Assembly: GCA_037441845.1 (NCBI GenBank)
Contig: JBBIRK010000001.1
Span: 337,284-401,283 of the forward strand
Reading direction: 5' to 3'
DNA length: 64,000 nucleotides
Origin: Candidatus Zixiibacteriota bacterium
Lineage (GTDB): Bacteria; Zixibacteria; MSB-5A5; UBA10806; 4484-95
The position numbers and the translations under genes are program-made. The notes beneath the pieces are model-generated. The model was given only the letters and a program-made list of their open reading frames with translations. It was not told where the DNA came from and made no database searches. Shown one piece after another: positions 48,315 through 58,855 of this stretch (positions within the stretch are counted from its first letter, which is position 1; each line of letters opens with the position of its first letter).

Positions 48315-48327
48315 TATCAATTGATTA
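48315..48327. promoter_or_regulatory. IHF-like binding site
   Basis: TATCAATTGATTA matches WATCAANNNNTTR, in an AT-rich tract upstream of the sigma54 box. Confidence 0.6.
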
Positions 48328-48495
48328 GTCACGCCTTCATAGTTGCCAAAAGCAAAAGTGATGTTAAAGACCTCCGCCGGATGGAATGAAATTCGACTAT
48401 TAACCATAATTTTATACCTAAAGCGGCCCTATCGCTTATTCATATTCGGATTGTCAAATATCGGCAGCGACCAAGAAACAACTTCATAAAATCGA

Positions 48496-48524
48496 TTGCT
48501 TGACGCACCTTTCGAAATTATACT
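48496..48524 (+). promoter_or_regulatory. Putative sigma70 promoter for recA
   Basis: TTGCTT-N17-TATACT. Confidence 0.5.
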
Positions 48525-48641
48525 TGTATCGATTACCGGAAATGGCGGCGCGATATCGATTAGACGAGCATTGCGGCGGCATTCAACTGCATCGACCAAA
48601 CTGGTTCGGCTTTTCGCGGCCCGGCATAAGGAGAATGAATT

Positions 48642-49697
48642 ATGACTGCGGAAATGGCATCCCAGAAAAAGAAATCGCTTGAGGGAGCCCTGACCCAAAT
48701 CGAACGTCAGTTCGGCAAAGGTTCGATCATGCGCCTGGGCGATACGACCACGGGCGTGAAGATTCCCACGATTTCAACCGGCTCCCTCGGTCTGGATATC
48801 GCGCTGGGTATCGGCGGACTGCCCCGGGGCAGAGTCGTGGAGATATTCGGGCCGGAATCGTCGGGCAAGACTACATTGGCGCTGCATGCGATTGCCGAGG
48901 CTCAAAAAGCAGGAGGAATCGCCGCATTTATCGATGCCGAACATGCTCTCGATGCCGTTTATGCCCGCGCGCTCGGAGTCGATATCGACAATCTTCTGAT
49001 AAGTCAACCCGACACCGGCGAGCAAGCGCTCGAGATTACCGAAACGCTGGTCAGATCCGGTGCCATCGATATCATCGTAATCGACTCCGTGGCCGCGTTG
49101 GTGCCGCGCGCGGAAATCGAGGGTGAAATGGGTGACGCCCATATGGGATTGCAGGCGCGCTTGATGTCGCAGGCATTGCGCAAACTGGCCGGCACGATAG
49201 CAAAATCGCATACCTGCGTCGTGTTCATCAATCAGATCAGAATGAAAATCGGCGTAATGTTCGGAAATCCCGAGACTACCACAGGCGGAACCGCTCTGAA
49301 ATTTTACGCCAGCGTCCGCATCGACATCCGCAAAATCGCGACCATCAAAGACGGAGATACCGTAACCGGATCGCGCACCCGAGTCAAAGTGGTAAAAAAT
49401 AAAGTAGCCCCGCCCTTCAAAGAAGCCGAGTTCGATATAATTTACGGCAAGGGGATATCCCGTTCCGGAGAGCTTATCGATCTTGGAGTCAACGCCAATA
49501 TACTCGAAAAAACCGGAACCTGGTTCTCCTACGGCGAAAACCGACTGGGACAGGGTCGCGACAACTCGAGGGCATATCTCGAAGAAAACCCCGCTTTGGC
49601 CAAAGAGATAGATTCGAGTATCCGCAGACATTTCGGCCTTGATGCCGTCGAGCCGGAAAAGCCGAAAGCGGAACCGGGCGAGGGGAAAAAAAGGTAG
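48642..49697 (+). CDS. recA: Recombinase RecA
   Basis: [68 protein letters not shown]. Confidence 0.99.
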   Translation: MTAEMASQKKKSLEGALTQIERQFGKGSIMRLGDTTTGVKIPTISTGSLGLDIALGIGGLPRGRVVEIFGPESSGKTTLALHAIAEAQKAGGIAAFIDAEHALDAVYARALGVDIDNLLISQPDTGEQALEITETLVRSGAIDIIVIDSVAALVPRAEIEGEMGDAHMGLQARLMSQALRKLAGTIAKSHTCVVFINQIRMKIGVMFGNPETTTGGTALKFYASVRIDIRKIATIKDGDTVTGSRTRVKVVKNKVAPPFKEAEFDIIYGKGISRSGELIDLGVNANILEKTGTWFSYGENRLGQGRDNSRAYLEENPALAKEIDSSIRRHFGLDAVEPEKPKAEPGEGKKR

Positions 49698-49864
49698 CCT
49701 TCGCGACCACAGTATAAAAGGCGGAATCCGGCGACGGAGCGACTCCGACCAAAGGAGCAGAAACGCCCGGCCCAACCCGGATTCCCTATAGCTATATTCG
49801 ATCTTCGGCGGTTGCTATTTTGCATCGCGGGCATGTGGACTTTCGATATCGGTCGTTTGAACAG

Positions 49865-51748
49865 TTATCTGAACAGCACCTTCGCCTCATCTTTTTCTTT
49901 GCCGGTCAGGATAATCAGAAATGAGCCGTCGGCAACCGGCTTCGATTCCAATTTTCTTCCATCGCCATCGGTTATTTCAATCGGCTTTTTTCCCGGTGAG
50001 GCGAAAAGCTTAAGTGAAGTACCAGGCGGATATTCAGCGTTTTTCAAATTCACCCGGCAAGTGGTGGTCTCACTATCCCAGCTCACGTTCAGACGAACAC
50101 GATTGCGGCGGTTCCAGAAATCGGCAACGTCTTTCGCCCGAGCGATCCAGACATCGCCGGTGGCCGCTGCATTACGAATAAATTTCATAAGCGGCGTCAA
50201 AGTTCGATCGGAAAACCCCTCGAAAGCCGCATGGCCGATTTGCACCATCAGGCCCCCTTCGGGCAATACGGTGTTCCGAAAATACTGTTCCAAAAAGGTT
50301 TCATATAAGAGTGCTCTTTGTTCGATTGCCGCAGCCGACTTCCTCCCCTCTGAGCCGATCAAGTCTCCATAGAACGCCCAATCATCGAGATAGATCGGAG
50401 AAAGCTCGAGCAGATCCGTGGAAATGATTCTGCCTTTTTCATCGAAAATAGGAAGATTATAGGGGAAAATACTGCCTTCGTAATATTCGCGATGGTTCAC
50501 CGGCAGGCTGCTGTCGTAAAGATATCCTTTTTCGGCAAGTATAAGCAGGCCGTCGAACGACCGCCGGAATCGCGGAAAACGGAATCCTGCCGGCTTGGAA
50601 CTCATGCGGCTTTCCATTATCGTGATATCTTCCCGGAACCTCTGGAAATTAGGCTCACCGTAATCGACCGTTCCCGCACCCGACGAGGCTACTTCCACGC
50701 GATCGGATACGGCTAATTGCGCCATTCTGGCTGGACCATTCGTCCCCTCAATAAATACCGTGAAAGCACCCCCGACATGCAAAATAGAATCGATCGTAGC
50801 TGCGAAATCCGGCTCGGAACCGTCGGCGCCGAGCGTGATGACCAGTGCTGCGAGCTTGCCATAGGGCCAGGCACTTATACCTACGATCGGGACATCATCG
50901 GGCGCCTCCGCCGCCAAGCTCATTATTCTCTTAAAAAACGCTTTGATCTCCTCGGGATTCGAGAGTCCCCCGTCGATCGCCGGATGCAGAAGCAATGAGA
51001 ACGTAAGATAAATCGCGGAGCCCTTGCCGAAATCATTATAAATCGCGCCGCCAAACATATCGGCTCCCTGCCAGAAAGCCCAGAATTTTCCATCGCCGTC
51101 CTCGATCCGATCTTGCGGCACCAAAATCCATCCCGCATCGGGAATGCTGAAAGAATCCCGGTCTGTGGACCAACAGCCCCCGAGGAAGGATTCGGTATTC
51201 AGTTTGAATGTGTAGCCGCTGAGTTCGACTTCCTTAAATGAGGTCCCGAAAAGTCTTGCCAGCGGCCAATTGTTTTCATCCAGTTTTCCCGTGGCGCTTA
51301 CCCTGTCGGCGCCATCCATCCGATTGCGTCCGATATTCTCGCCTGCCACCAGCACGCCTCCCTTTTCGACCCAGTTCATGATATTCGCCATCGCCAGCGA
51401 ATCCATATAGGTCAACGAAAATTTCCTGTCGGCGTCGTGGCTGCCGTACAAGGTCGGTAAAATGAGAATATTATAATTCTGCAATGTCGCGGATTCATAA
51501 AGAGCGGTTCTGTTCTCCAGCCGGGTCGGACAGCCGAGCGAATTGAGCGCCTCATGCGCCGCAAGCACGCCGTCGCCGATCGCCCCGGTGCCCTCGCCGT
51601 CTCCGGAGGTTATTATGAGCGCGGCGGGTGTCCGATAGATATGACTCGGCCGGCCTGATTCTCTATCGATTTTCTTGGTGCAACCGATCAATGATATTGC
51701 AACGATCAACAATACAGCCGGGATCGACAATTTCGAAGGTCGCGTCAT
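49865..51748 (-). CDS. Lipoprotein with a glutamine-amidotransferase-like domain and a degenerate NodB/CE4 deacetylase-like domain
   Basis: Lipobox LIGC; YNILILP...WVEKGGVLVAG; WPYGKLAALVIT, GFRFPRF, GYLYDSS, DVADFW. TFDDG and HxxxH motifs are missing. Confidence 0.75.
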   Translation of the reverse strand: MTRPSKLSIPAVLLIVAISLIGCTKKIDRESGRPSHIYRTPAALIITSGDGEGTGAIGDGVLAAHEALNSLGCPTRLENRTALYESATLQNYNILILPTLYGSHDADRKFSLTYMDSLAMANIMNWVEKGGVLVAGENIGRNRMDGADRVSATGKLDENNWPLARLFGTSFKEVELSGYTFKLNTESFLGGCWSTDRDSFSIPDAGWILVPQDRIEDGDGKFWAFWQGADMFGGAIYNDFGKGSAIYLTFSLLLHPAIDGGLSNPEEIKAFFKRIMSLAAEAPDDVPIVGISAWPYGKLAALVITLGADGSEPDFAATIDSILHVGGAFTVFIEGTNGPARMAQLAVSDRVEVASSGAGTVDYGEPNFQRFREDITIMESRMSSKPAGFRFPRFRRSFDGLLILAEKGYLYDSSLPVNHREYYEGSIFPYNLPIFDEKGRIISTDLLELSPIYLDDWAFYGDLIGSEGRKSAAAIEQRALLYETFLEQYFRNTVLPEGGLMVQIGHAAFEGFSDRTLTPLMKFIRNAAATGDVWIARAKDVADFWNRRNRVRLNVSWDSETTTCRVNLKNAEYPPGTSLKLFASPGKKPIEITDGDGRKLESKPVADGSFLIILTGKEKDEAKVLFR

Positions 51749-54700
51749 TTTTTATCTTTCATGGTTGAAAAAGGCGCCGCGAGTTTTTCCAGGTTCCTGA
51801 CCAAAACGGTCGAGCCCGGGCGGGCGTCGATATCGATTTCACCGGTTCTCACGTTGTATATGCCATCATCTATGGCGCCCGCGATTTCAATAATTCTCCA
51901 CGGAGTAGTCAATTTTATCGAAATAGCGGCCGAATCGTTTGCTTGTCCATTTTTCGGTATCAGGCGGATAAGGTAATCATCGCCGAAAGGTCCGAACTCG
52001 ATTTTAGTGTTTTCCCTTGCCCTGATATAGTCCATTATATCGCCCAGCGATTCTATCTCATATCCCGAATTGCGGAAAAGTCGGAAATATCTTTCGAGCT
52101 CTTTCGGTGTAATCGTGTAAGTATCCTTTACACCATGATATTTGAACAATGCCCATTCTCGCGCCGAATCGGGGTAGATATGATGAAACAACAAAATCGT
52201 CCATTGGTTATCATTTCGCTCGATAACCTCTTTGAAAGCGGCAGGGGTCGGTCTTAGGCTGTCTATAATACAATAACTATAAAGGCGGAAAGGATTTGGA
52301 GGCAGCGGCGGATTGGGCTTATCGCCCCCTCGGCGTCCGTTTAGAAACCCCGCCTCCTCCAAGGCCTTTTCGATTGAGCCATCTACGGCCGAATATGGAA
52401 AAGATATAGAAACGCACGGCTTGCCGATTTTCTGCTCGATCGTCTGTTTGCTTGTCTTTACTATGGCACTTGCCTGGTCTTCGGTCAATCGGCTGTCGAA
52501 TGGCCTATGCTCGGTCCCATGGCTGCCGATTTCGAAACCGGCGGCGGCGATTTGGCGCACTTGCGGCCAGGAAAGCCTTTGCGTCTGCAACCCCCCTTCT
52601 TCTCCGATTTTAATGGATATGTCCTCGGTCCAATCCGTTACGATAAAAAAGGTGGCGCCCAATCGATACTTTTTCAGCAACGGCAAAGCAAAATCAAATT
52701 GGCCCGAACTGCCGTCGTCGAAGGTGATAGTCCCCGCGGCTTTTCGTCCGTTCGGCCATATATTAATCTTCGCGCCGGGCGAGGCCTGTGGTGGTGTGGT
52801 CCGCCGGTATTTGTTCGCCCATTCTTCTGCGGCGGCAAACGCTTTGGCAACTATAGGATACCCTTCTTTCAAACGGTATCTGTATGTCGGGATATCCCAG
52901 GTTTCCCAGGAGTAGGCCAAGCCGCCCCCCAGCGGGTCGTCGGGCAGCATATCACGAGCGGTCGCCGAAGATTCGGAGGGGTCATAGGTAAAGAAATAGA
53001 AACAAAAAGCGTCGGTTTGCTCAACGGCTGCTCCCACCAGGTCAGGTCTGCCTTTAAGCACGGACTTAGACGAGGGGTCGGAAACATTCAATACCGCCCA
53101 GGGTATTCTAATCTCAAGCGATCGTCCATCCGGGGATGGACAAACATCATAAAGCCTTTCGGCAGACGAGTGGCCTGTGCCTGCCGGTGCCCAGCGAAGT
53201 GTGCCGCGTTCGTTGTCGATTTGCGGGAAGCGCTTTCCGGTCAAGCCGCCTCTCGGACGATTCGCCTGCAAACGCACTTTTCTGAAAATCCCATCGCGAT
53301 TATCCGCACGAACGATCGCCATAATGGAATCGCGCGAATAACCGTTATAAATGTCATAATAATTATCCACCAATATCCGAGAATCGTCGGGGCCGCCGAG
53401 TTGCACCAAAAATTCCGCACCTCGATCGATAAATTGGTGAATCGGCGCTATAAGATGATCTCCCAGCGCCGAGTCGTGGGTATCGACAGCGATCAATATC
53501 CTGAACGAATTCCAAAACTGCTGGTCGTTTGGTTTAATGGGCTCGACCAACGTTATGAGAAGATATAAACAAGAACCGTCGGAGGTTATTTTGACATCTC
53601 GCAAATCGAAATACTTTTCGGCGCCGCCCGCCTGGTCTCCGATTTTATCGGCGGCCGTGGCTATTCCTTGCCAGTCTTGATCGCCGCCGTCTATTACGAT
53701 TCTTTTATCTTCGAGCGCAGCCATACCGAAATGTTGCTCCGGATTTTCCAGATTATGCCAGAGAATGCTCCTATCGGCCGGTATCTCATAATCCATCACC
53801 AGCCAATTTCGCTTGAACCACTCGTCGATCCAGGAAAATAGTATGGCTCCGGCGCAGCCCGCCCGGGCTATATCCTCGGTGATGTGAGCGTTGATTTCCC
53901 CCTGATCGATTTCGCTGTGCTGCCCGTGATTCATCCCCTCGGGGGTGTAATGACTGGCGCCTCGGCTCGATGGCACGCCGTATTCGGCGATCAGTAAAGG
54001 GATACCCGCATGATTCCGTTTCAAGTCTTGGATATATCCGGCGTAAGAGCATCTGCCGCGCGCGCATGATGATTGAGCATACTTTTCATCGTTGAATACG
54101 AAATCTGGATAATATGGATAGGCGTGATAAGAAGCGAAGTAGCCCGCTCTCATTAAAGGCGTGATATGGATTTTCATCGGATCGATTGAGACTAAGTCGT
54201 TGTCGTATTCCAGAAGGTCGTTTCCTTCGAGCCATTCGGAATCATGATACATCGGATCCAAGGGCAGCCAGTTCACGAACGACAGGGGGTGTTGAAATCC
54301 ATAGACTGCGGTTTCGTATAAGGCTATATAGTCCATTATCATGGCCATATAACATTCGCTCGGGCTGCCTTTGGGCACGCTGAAAAAGTTGCCGTGATAT
54401 GAGGTCAAGTCGGCATTTATGCTGTCCATCGTGACTACGCTGTGGGGTTCCCATTCGCGGCCGAAAATTACGGCCAGAACATGCGCGGAAATATCGATCG
54501 CATAACTGCCGGAGGCATGTCCGCGGCGTTGCGGTATCACGGCCCTCCCGAAAATAACGTCGACGGCATCACGGATTTCGCGTTTGATTTCGTCGTCGTA
54601 CTTGCTTTCGAGAAAATTGCCGCTTTCCGGCAATTCAGCCCAGATACCTTGAATCAGCCAAAGATGACGCTCGGGATGATCAAAATTATATTTCGAGAAA

Positions 54701-55170
54701 GCCTCATAAAATTCGGGAGGTAGTATGGTATAGATTCTGATTGCATTGGCGTTCATTTTGCCTATATCGACAAGCCATTCGTAATATTGTTCTTTGGTGG
54801 CCTTGAATTCGGTGGGCCAGCAACCGGGTAGGGCAACGCCGAGATTCACCCCCTTGATGAATATCGGTTGGAATTCCTTTTCCGAGCCCTGCGGATCCCG
54901 AATTTTCCGTCGGCCTAGCACCCACAACTGCTCTTCATACGCCGCCGCCACCAACCTTGCCCGGTTCGCAGCCGCGTTCCAATCGTCGGAATTCAGCTTC
55001 AAATTCAGCTCACGAGTATCGATTTCCGGAGACACCGCCCCATTGGCCGCGCCGGTCAATTGAATGCGCCTCTCGAAATAGCGGTCTTCCACTTCTATCA
55101 TGGCGTAAATTACGATAGCCAACGCCGTCCCCAACACTAATAAGACCAGATATTTGCCGCCGATTTTCAC
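51745..55170 (-). CDS. Membrane-anchored GH-A-like TIM-barrel domain + beta-sandwich + NodB/CE4 polysaccharide deacetylase
   Basis: IKGVNLG, MNANAIRIYT, GREWEP, YHAYPYYP, LIAEYGVP, FSWIDEWFK; C-terminal TFDDG, EIGSHGTEH, FPYS, LLFHH. Confidence 0.85.
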   Translation of the reverse strand: MKIGGKYLVLLVLGTALAIVIYAMIEVEDRYFERRIQLTGAANGAVSPEIDTRELNLKLNSDDWNAAANRARLVAAAYEEQLWVLGRRKIRDPQGSEKEFQPIFIKGVNLGVALPGCWPTEFKATKEQYYEWLVDIGKMNANAIRIYTILPPEFYEAFSKYNFDHPERHLWLIQGIWAELPESGNFLESKYDDEIKREIRDAVDVIFGRAVIPQRRGHASGSYAIDISAHVLAVIFGREWEPHSVVTMDSINADLTSYHGNFFSVPKGSPSECYMAMIMDYIALYETAVYGFQHPLSFVNWLPLDPMYHDSEWLEGNDLLEYDNDLVSIDPMKIHITPLMRAGYFASYHAYPYYPDFVFNDEKYAQSSCARGRCSYAGYIQDLKRNHAGIPLLIAEYGVPSSRGASHYTPEGMNHGQHSEIDQGEINAHITEDIARAGCAGAILFSWIDEWFKRNWLVMDYEIPADRSILWHNLENPEQHFGMAALEDKRIVIDGGDQDWQGIATAADKIGDQAGGAEKYFDLRDVKITSDGSCLYLLITLVEPIKPNDQQFWNSFRILIAVDTHDSALGDHLIAPIHQFIDRGAEFLVQLGGPDDSRILVDNYYDIYNGYSRDSIMAIVRADNRDGIFRKVRLQANRPRGGLTGKRFPQIDNERGTLRWAPAGTGHSSAERLYDVCPSPDGRSLEIRIPWAVLNVSDPSSKSVLKGRPDLVGAAVEQTDAFCFYFFTYDPSESSATARDMLPDDPLGGGLAYSWETWDIPTYRYRLKEGYPIVAKAFAAAEEWANKYRRTTPPQASPGAKINIWPNGRKAAGTITFDDGSSGQFDFALPLLKKYRLGATFFIVTDWTEDISIKIGEEGGLQTQRLSWPQVRQIAAAGFEIGSHGTEHRPFDSRLTEDQASAIVKTSKQTIEQKIGKPCVSISFPYSAVDGSIEKALEEAGFLNGRRGGDKPNPPLPPNPFRLYSYCIIDSLRPTPAAFKEVIERNDNQWTILLFHHIYPDSAREWALFKYHGVKDTYTITPKELERYFRLFRNSGYEIESLGDIMDYIRARENTKIEFGPFGDDYLIRLIPKNGQANDSAAISIKLTTPWRIIEIAGAIDDGIYNVRTGEIDIDARPGSTVLVRNLEKLAAPFSTMKDKK

Positions 55171-56717
55171 AGATTTATTCTCAACTTTCCGCTTATGGTG
55201 CCCACCCGGTAATCGAAATTATTGCGATATCCCGAAAGGGATACGGTCAGCCACGACCTTCTCCCCAGATTCAACATCAGATTCGCGCTGCCCGAATAGG
55301 CTTTCACCTCATCGCTGTTGATAGTATAATAGCCGTCACCGTTGATACCGATTTTTCCGGCCGATTGCCAGGCGAAATCAAATCCCAATTCATGCTGGTT
55401 CAGATCGATCGGGCTGTAATAATAAGTCGACTTGAATTTATAATCCCACTGCCGGAAACGGTACCCTATATCGAAAGACGGATTGACCAAAATCCTGCTT
55501 TTAAGATTAGCGGAGGCGATCGCTCTGCGATTTTCATCGGACAGCCACCAGACCCCGCCGCTTGCCGCAAAAGACAGTCGCAGCCATTCATACGTCCGAA
55601 ATTCTCCGGACACGCTGGTGGCGTCGATATCCGACCACGGCTCGTACAATCCACGGCCGAGAATCAAGGCGAACGATCTCAGCGGCGTAAAAGACTCGAG
55701 ATCAAGCGCCAAGGAGGTGCGATCGAAATCGGAACGCAACAGCTCGACACCGGCGGAGGCCGATAGAGTCGTTCTTCTGGATACTTTCAAGCGCGATTTC
55801 AGCGATACCGTTCGTCTCTGAACATAAGCGTCCCGTCGGAACGTCCATAGCCCGGACAACCCGGCCTCGGCCGACACCCTATCGGAAAGACGTCGACTTA
55901 TCACTTCATCGACACGATTGTACTCGGTGACCCGCCCCCCATCGTATTCAGAAACGAAAGCCATCGAATTGTCGAGGCGGAAATCCGTCTGCAATGCTAT
56001 TTCATCGGCAAGTAAACGCAGGGGTTTGTTTTCGGGCATCGTTTTTGACACGACGGCGAGAGTCTTGGCCGCCCGATAAGGCTGATCGCTCCATAGCCTG
56101 ACTTTCGCCAGTCCCTCGAGCGCATCACCGTTGCTGGAATCGATAGCCAACACCTTTTCGAATGCGGAGATGGCCTGCGGATACCTCTCGCTCCAGGTGT
56201 AAACCCAGCCCAATCCGACCAGGGCTCCGATAAGATCGACTCTTATAGAAAGAGCGCGGTTATAATAATTTTCGGCGTCCGCAAAACGTCCCTGCCAGGC
56301 GCTTATTCTCCCTTTGCCTATCAACGCTTCGGCGTCGAGAGAATCCACGGCCAAAAGATAGTCGTACATGGCATTGGCTTTTTCGAAAAGATTCCGCCAC
56401 GAATACAACAAACCCAGGGCAAGATGAGCGTCGTAATCGTCTGGATTCAGGAAAAGAACTTTCTCGTACGCCGAGCAGGCGGCAGTCAAGCTGTCGGCCA
56501 GCCGATATGCGTATCCGAGCAATCTCCAGATTTCGCCGTTGCCGGGGTCGGCGGCTGCCGCCTCATTCAATATCGAGATGGCCGCGACGTAATTTCCATT
56601 CCCGATTTGAAAGTCAGCTTCTTCAAGCGGGCCTGCATTTGCATTTCCCAAGCCCAGGGAAAAGGCGAATATGAAATAAAGCGCGCTGATCGATTTGTTC
56701 ATGACTCCGGCCGTCAT
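55167..56717 (-). CDS. TPR-repeat protein with a C-terminal outer-membrane beta-barrel (PgaA/YaiO-like architecture)
   Basis: Signal peptide, about 6 TPRs, amphipathic beta strands, YYSP motif, C-terminal KLRINL. Confidence 0.8.
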   Translation of the reverse strand: MTAGVMNKSISALYFIFAFSLGLGNANAGPLEEADFQIGNGNYVAAISILNEAAAADPGNGEIWRLLGYAYRLADSLTAACSAYEKVLFLNPDDYDAHLALGLLYSWRNLFEKANAMYDYLLAVDSLDAEALIGKGRISAWQGRFADAENYYNRALSIRVDLIGALVGLGWVYTWSERYPQAISAFEKVLAIDSSNGDALEGLAKVRLWSDQPYRAAKTLAVVSKTMPENKPLRLLADEIALQTDFRLDNSMAFVSEYDGGRVTEYNRVDEVISRRLSDRVSAEAGLSGLWTFRRDAYVQRRTVSLKSRLKVSRRTTLSASAGVELLRSDFDRTSLALDLESFTPLRSFALILGRGLYEPWSDIDATSVSGEFRTYEWLRLSFAASGGVWWLSDENRRAIASANLKSRILVNPSFDIGYRFRQWDYKFKSTYYYSPIDLNQHELGFDFAWQSAGKIGINGDGYYTINSDEVKAYSGSANLMLNLGRRSWLTVSLSGYRNNFDYRVGTISGKLRINL

Positions 56718-57367
56718 TGGACCACCATCACCACCATTTCGGAATACCCTATATTATCTTCGTTATCCCTCGCCCTGGCCAACAGCGTATGATTGCCAGT
56801 GCCAAGCTGTCCCGTATCCACGGTAAAATAGAACGGCTCGGTGCTCAAACTTTCCGCAACGGCCCCGTCGATCAACAACGCCACGGCCGCTACGCTGTCG
56901 TTATCGATAGCCTCCGACCTGACTTGAATCACACCGCTTACCTGCGTCCAGGGCGGCGGATAGGTAATCCAGATCGACGGCGGAGGATCGACCGCCTCCT
57001 GCCTTATCGAGACGGTGACCATAGTCGATAGTTTGAATGACCCATTCTTGTCCACGGCTTTGGCGAAAACCGTATGATTGTCGGTCATCCCAGCCGTATT
57101 CCATACAGCCGAATAGGGTGGATCCGGATCGGAAAACAGGGAATCTCCATCGACGAAAAAAGTCACGTGCGAAACGGCATCCGGCGGTCCGGCCTCCGCC
57201 TTTATCGAGACGTCGCCGGACACCACCGCCCAGGGAGCAGGATTGGTCAGCTCCACGAAAATTAAATCCGACGGTTCATCCGATGAAATGCTGTCTTTGA
57301 AACATCCACCAACGACAAACATTATCACCGCGGCGATCAACGCAATTGAAAATCTTCTAAATTTCAT
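56714..57367 (-). CDS. Lipoprotein with two bacterial Ig-like domains
   Basis: Lipobox VGGC; two repeats of (L/I)TxPxPWxxVSG...VxxxxDG...P(Y/F)...NHT..A(K/R)A.D. Confidence 0.85.
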   Translation of the reverse strand: MKFRRFSIALIAAVIMFVVGGCFKDSISSDEPSDLIFVELTNPAPWAVVSGDVSIKAEAGPPDAVSHVTFFVDGDSLFSDPDPPYSAVWNTAGMTDNHTVFAKAVDKNGSFKLSTMVTVSIRQEAVDPPPSIWITYPPPWTQVSGVIQVRSEAIDNDSVAAVALLIDGAVAESLSTEPFYFTVDTGQLGTGNHTLLARARDNEDNIGYSEMVVMVVQ

Positions 57368-57376
57368 ATTGACCCT

Positions 57377-58849
57377 TTACTTGGATTGCCTGACTTTCAA
57401 ACCGATTCTGCTCGATTTCCCCCAGTTCTTGATTCCTTTCAGAAAATCTCTGATTCCCGCCAGCTGCCAGAAATTCTTTATAAATCCGAACGCCAACTCG
57501 GAATATAAGGCGGTCACCAGCAGTTTCAACCATTCCCCACCGCTGCGGTACCTCAGCGCCCTAAGGTGTGTCGGCGAGTATTTCCTCGACCAGGACTCGA
57601 CCGTCACGGTGGCGATACCAAGGCCCAGCATTCCGATCAGCACGACAAACAACGTCAGCAATAGAAAGAACAGATCGTGAATACGACCGGTTGCAATCAG
57701 ATATAAAATGAAAAAATAGGTGAAGGTCTTTACGATCGGTCCGATAGCTTCAAAAGCCAAGTAATAAGGCATCGCCACCAATCCAAGACGGCCGTATTTC
57801 GGCTCGAATATGATATTCCTGTGATACCAGATAGTTTCCAGCAGTCCCCTGTGCCAACGGTTCCGCTGTTTGGCCAGCGCCCCGAAAGTCTCCGGCACTT
57901 CCGTCCAGCAGATCGGCCAAGGTATGAAAACGGCCTTATCGGGAAGCTTTTTTTCTCTAAGATAACGCCGAATTCTAACCACGATTTCCATATCTTCGCA
58001 AACCGTCCCTCTGGCGGTTTTCAGAGTCTCGATGATATATGGGCTGTTGCAGAATCTGGAATAGAAGCCTCCCACGGCCATCACCACTTTTTTCCGAAAA
58101 AGAGTGAAAGCTCCGGAAAGTATCAGGAGCAGGTTCAGTTGCGACAGCCCGATCCGGTTGACCCAAAACGACCGCAGGTATTCGATAGTCTGAAATCTGA
58201 CCCACATCGATCTGGGGAGACCCCCGACATCAATTTTATCATCTTGGAAAACCGAACCGTTGGCAACGGCCAGCGCCCCGCCTGCAAGAGCAACCGACTC
58301 CCCATTTTCGCCCAGAAATGGTGAAATTATCAATCGCAAAGATTCAGCGTCGAGGATCGAATCGGCATCGATGGAGCAACAAAAATCATATCGCGACGCA
58401 TTCAAACCGATATTCAGTGCATCAGCCTTGCCGCCGTTTTCCTTGTCGATCACCGTCAAATGCGGCAAGTTTTTCGATACATAGATACGGCGCGGTTTAA
58501 GAGTCCCGAGATTATCGTAATAGGTGAATGATTCGCTGGGCTCAAGTTCGAAAGCAGCGACAAGTTCGGCCAACGTTTCATCGGTCGAGCCGTCGTTAAT
58601 AACCAGCACCTCGAACTGATCATAATTTAGTTTCAGCAGACTTTTAACGCAGGGCACTATCGTGGCGGCTTCGTTGAAAGCGGGAACAAGGATACTGATT
58701 CCGGGAAGCGATGATTTCCGATGCTCAAATCGATGTGGTTTGCGCTTTTTCCAATTTGCCAGGAAAACCAAAAGCAGAAAAGTCTCAATTATAAATAAGG
58801 TTCCATAATATAGAATCAGGAAATTCTCGGCGATCCTTACTGCCAACAC
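57377..58849 (-). CDS. Processive GT2 polysaccharide synthase (PgaC/IcaA-like)
   Basis: PAFNE, NDGSTD, KENGGKADALN, IDADS, FQTIEY, SGAF, CEDME, QRNRW; N- and C-terminal TM helices. Confidence 0.92.
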   Translation of the reverse strand: MLAVRIAENFLILYYGTLFIIETFLLLVFLANWKKRKPHRFEHRKSSLPGISILVPAFNEAATIVPCVKSLLKLNYDQFEVLVINDGSTDETLAELVAAFELEPSESFTYYDNLGTLKPRRIYVSKNLPHLTVIDKENGGKADALNIGLNASRYDFCCSIDADSILDAESLRLIISPFLGENGESVALAGGALAVANGSVFQDDKIDVGGLPRSMWVRFQTIEYLRSFWVNRIGLSQLNLLLILSGAFTLFRKKVVMAVGGFYSRFCNSPYIIETLKTARGTVCEDMEIVVRIRRYLREKKLPDKAVFIPWPICWTEVPETFGALAKQRNRWHRGLLETIWYHRNIIFEPKYGRLGLVAMPYYLAFEAIGPIVKTFTYFFILYLIATGRIHDLFFLLLTLFVVLIGMLGLGIATVTVESWSRKYSPTHLRALRYRSGGEWLKLLVTALYSELAFGFIKNFWQLAGIRDFLKGIKNWGKSSRIGLKVRQSK

Positions 58850-58855
58850 GCCCCC

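Noticed and set aside
48400..48641. LexA/SOS box upstream of recA
   Set aside because: No convincing match to CTGT-N8-ACAG, GAAC-N4-GTTC or GTTC-N7-GTTC was seen.
48774..49775. 333-aa antisense ORF over recA, and similar long shadow ORFs at 982-1761, 14080-14832, 15574-16482, 29748-30587, 40307-41269, 52507-53568 and 59314-60150
   Set aside because: They overlap well-supported genes, show no recognisable motifs, and are expected from codon bias.
49723..49785. GGAATCCGG...CCGGATTCC inverted repeat after recA as an ncRNA
   Set aside because: Short, with no recognisable RNA family features; more simply a 3'-end structure between convergent genes.
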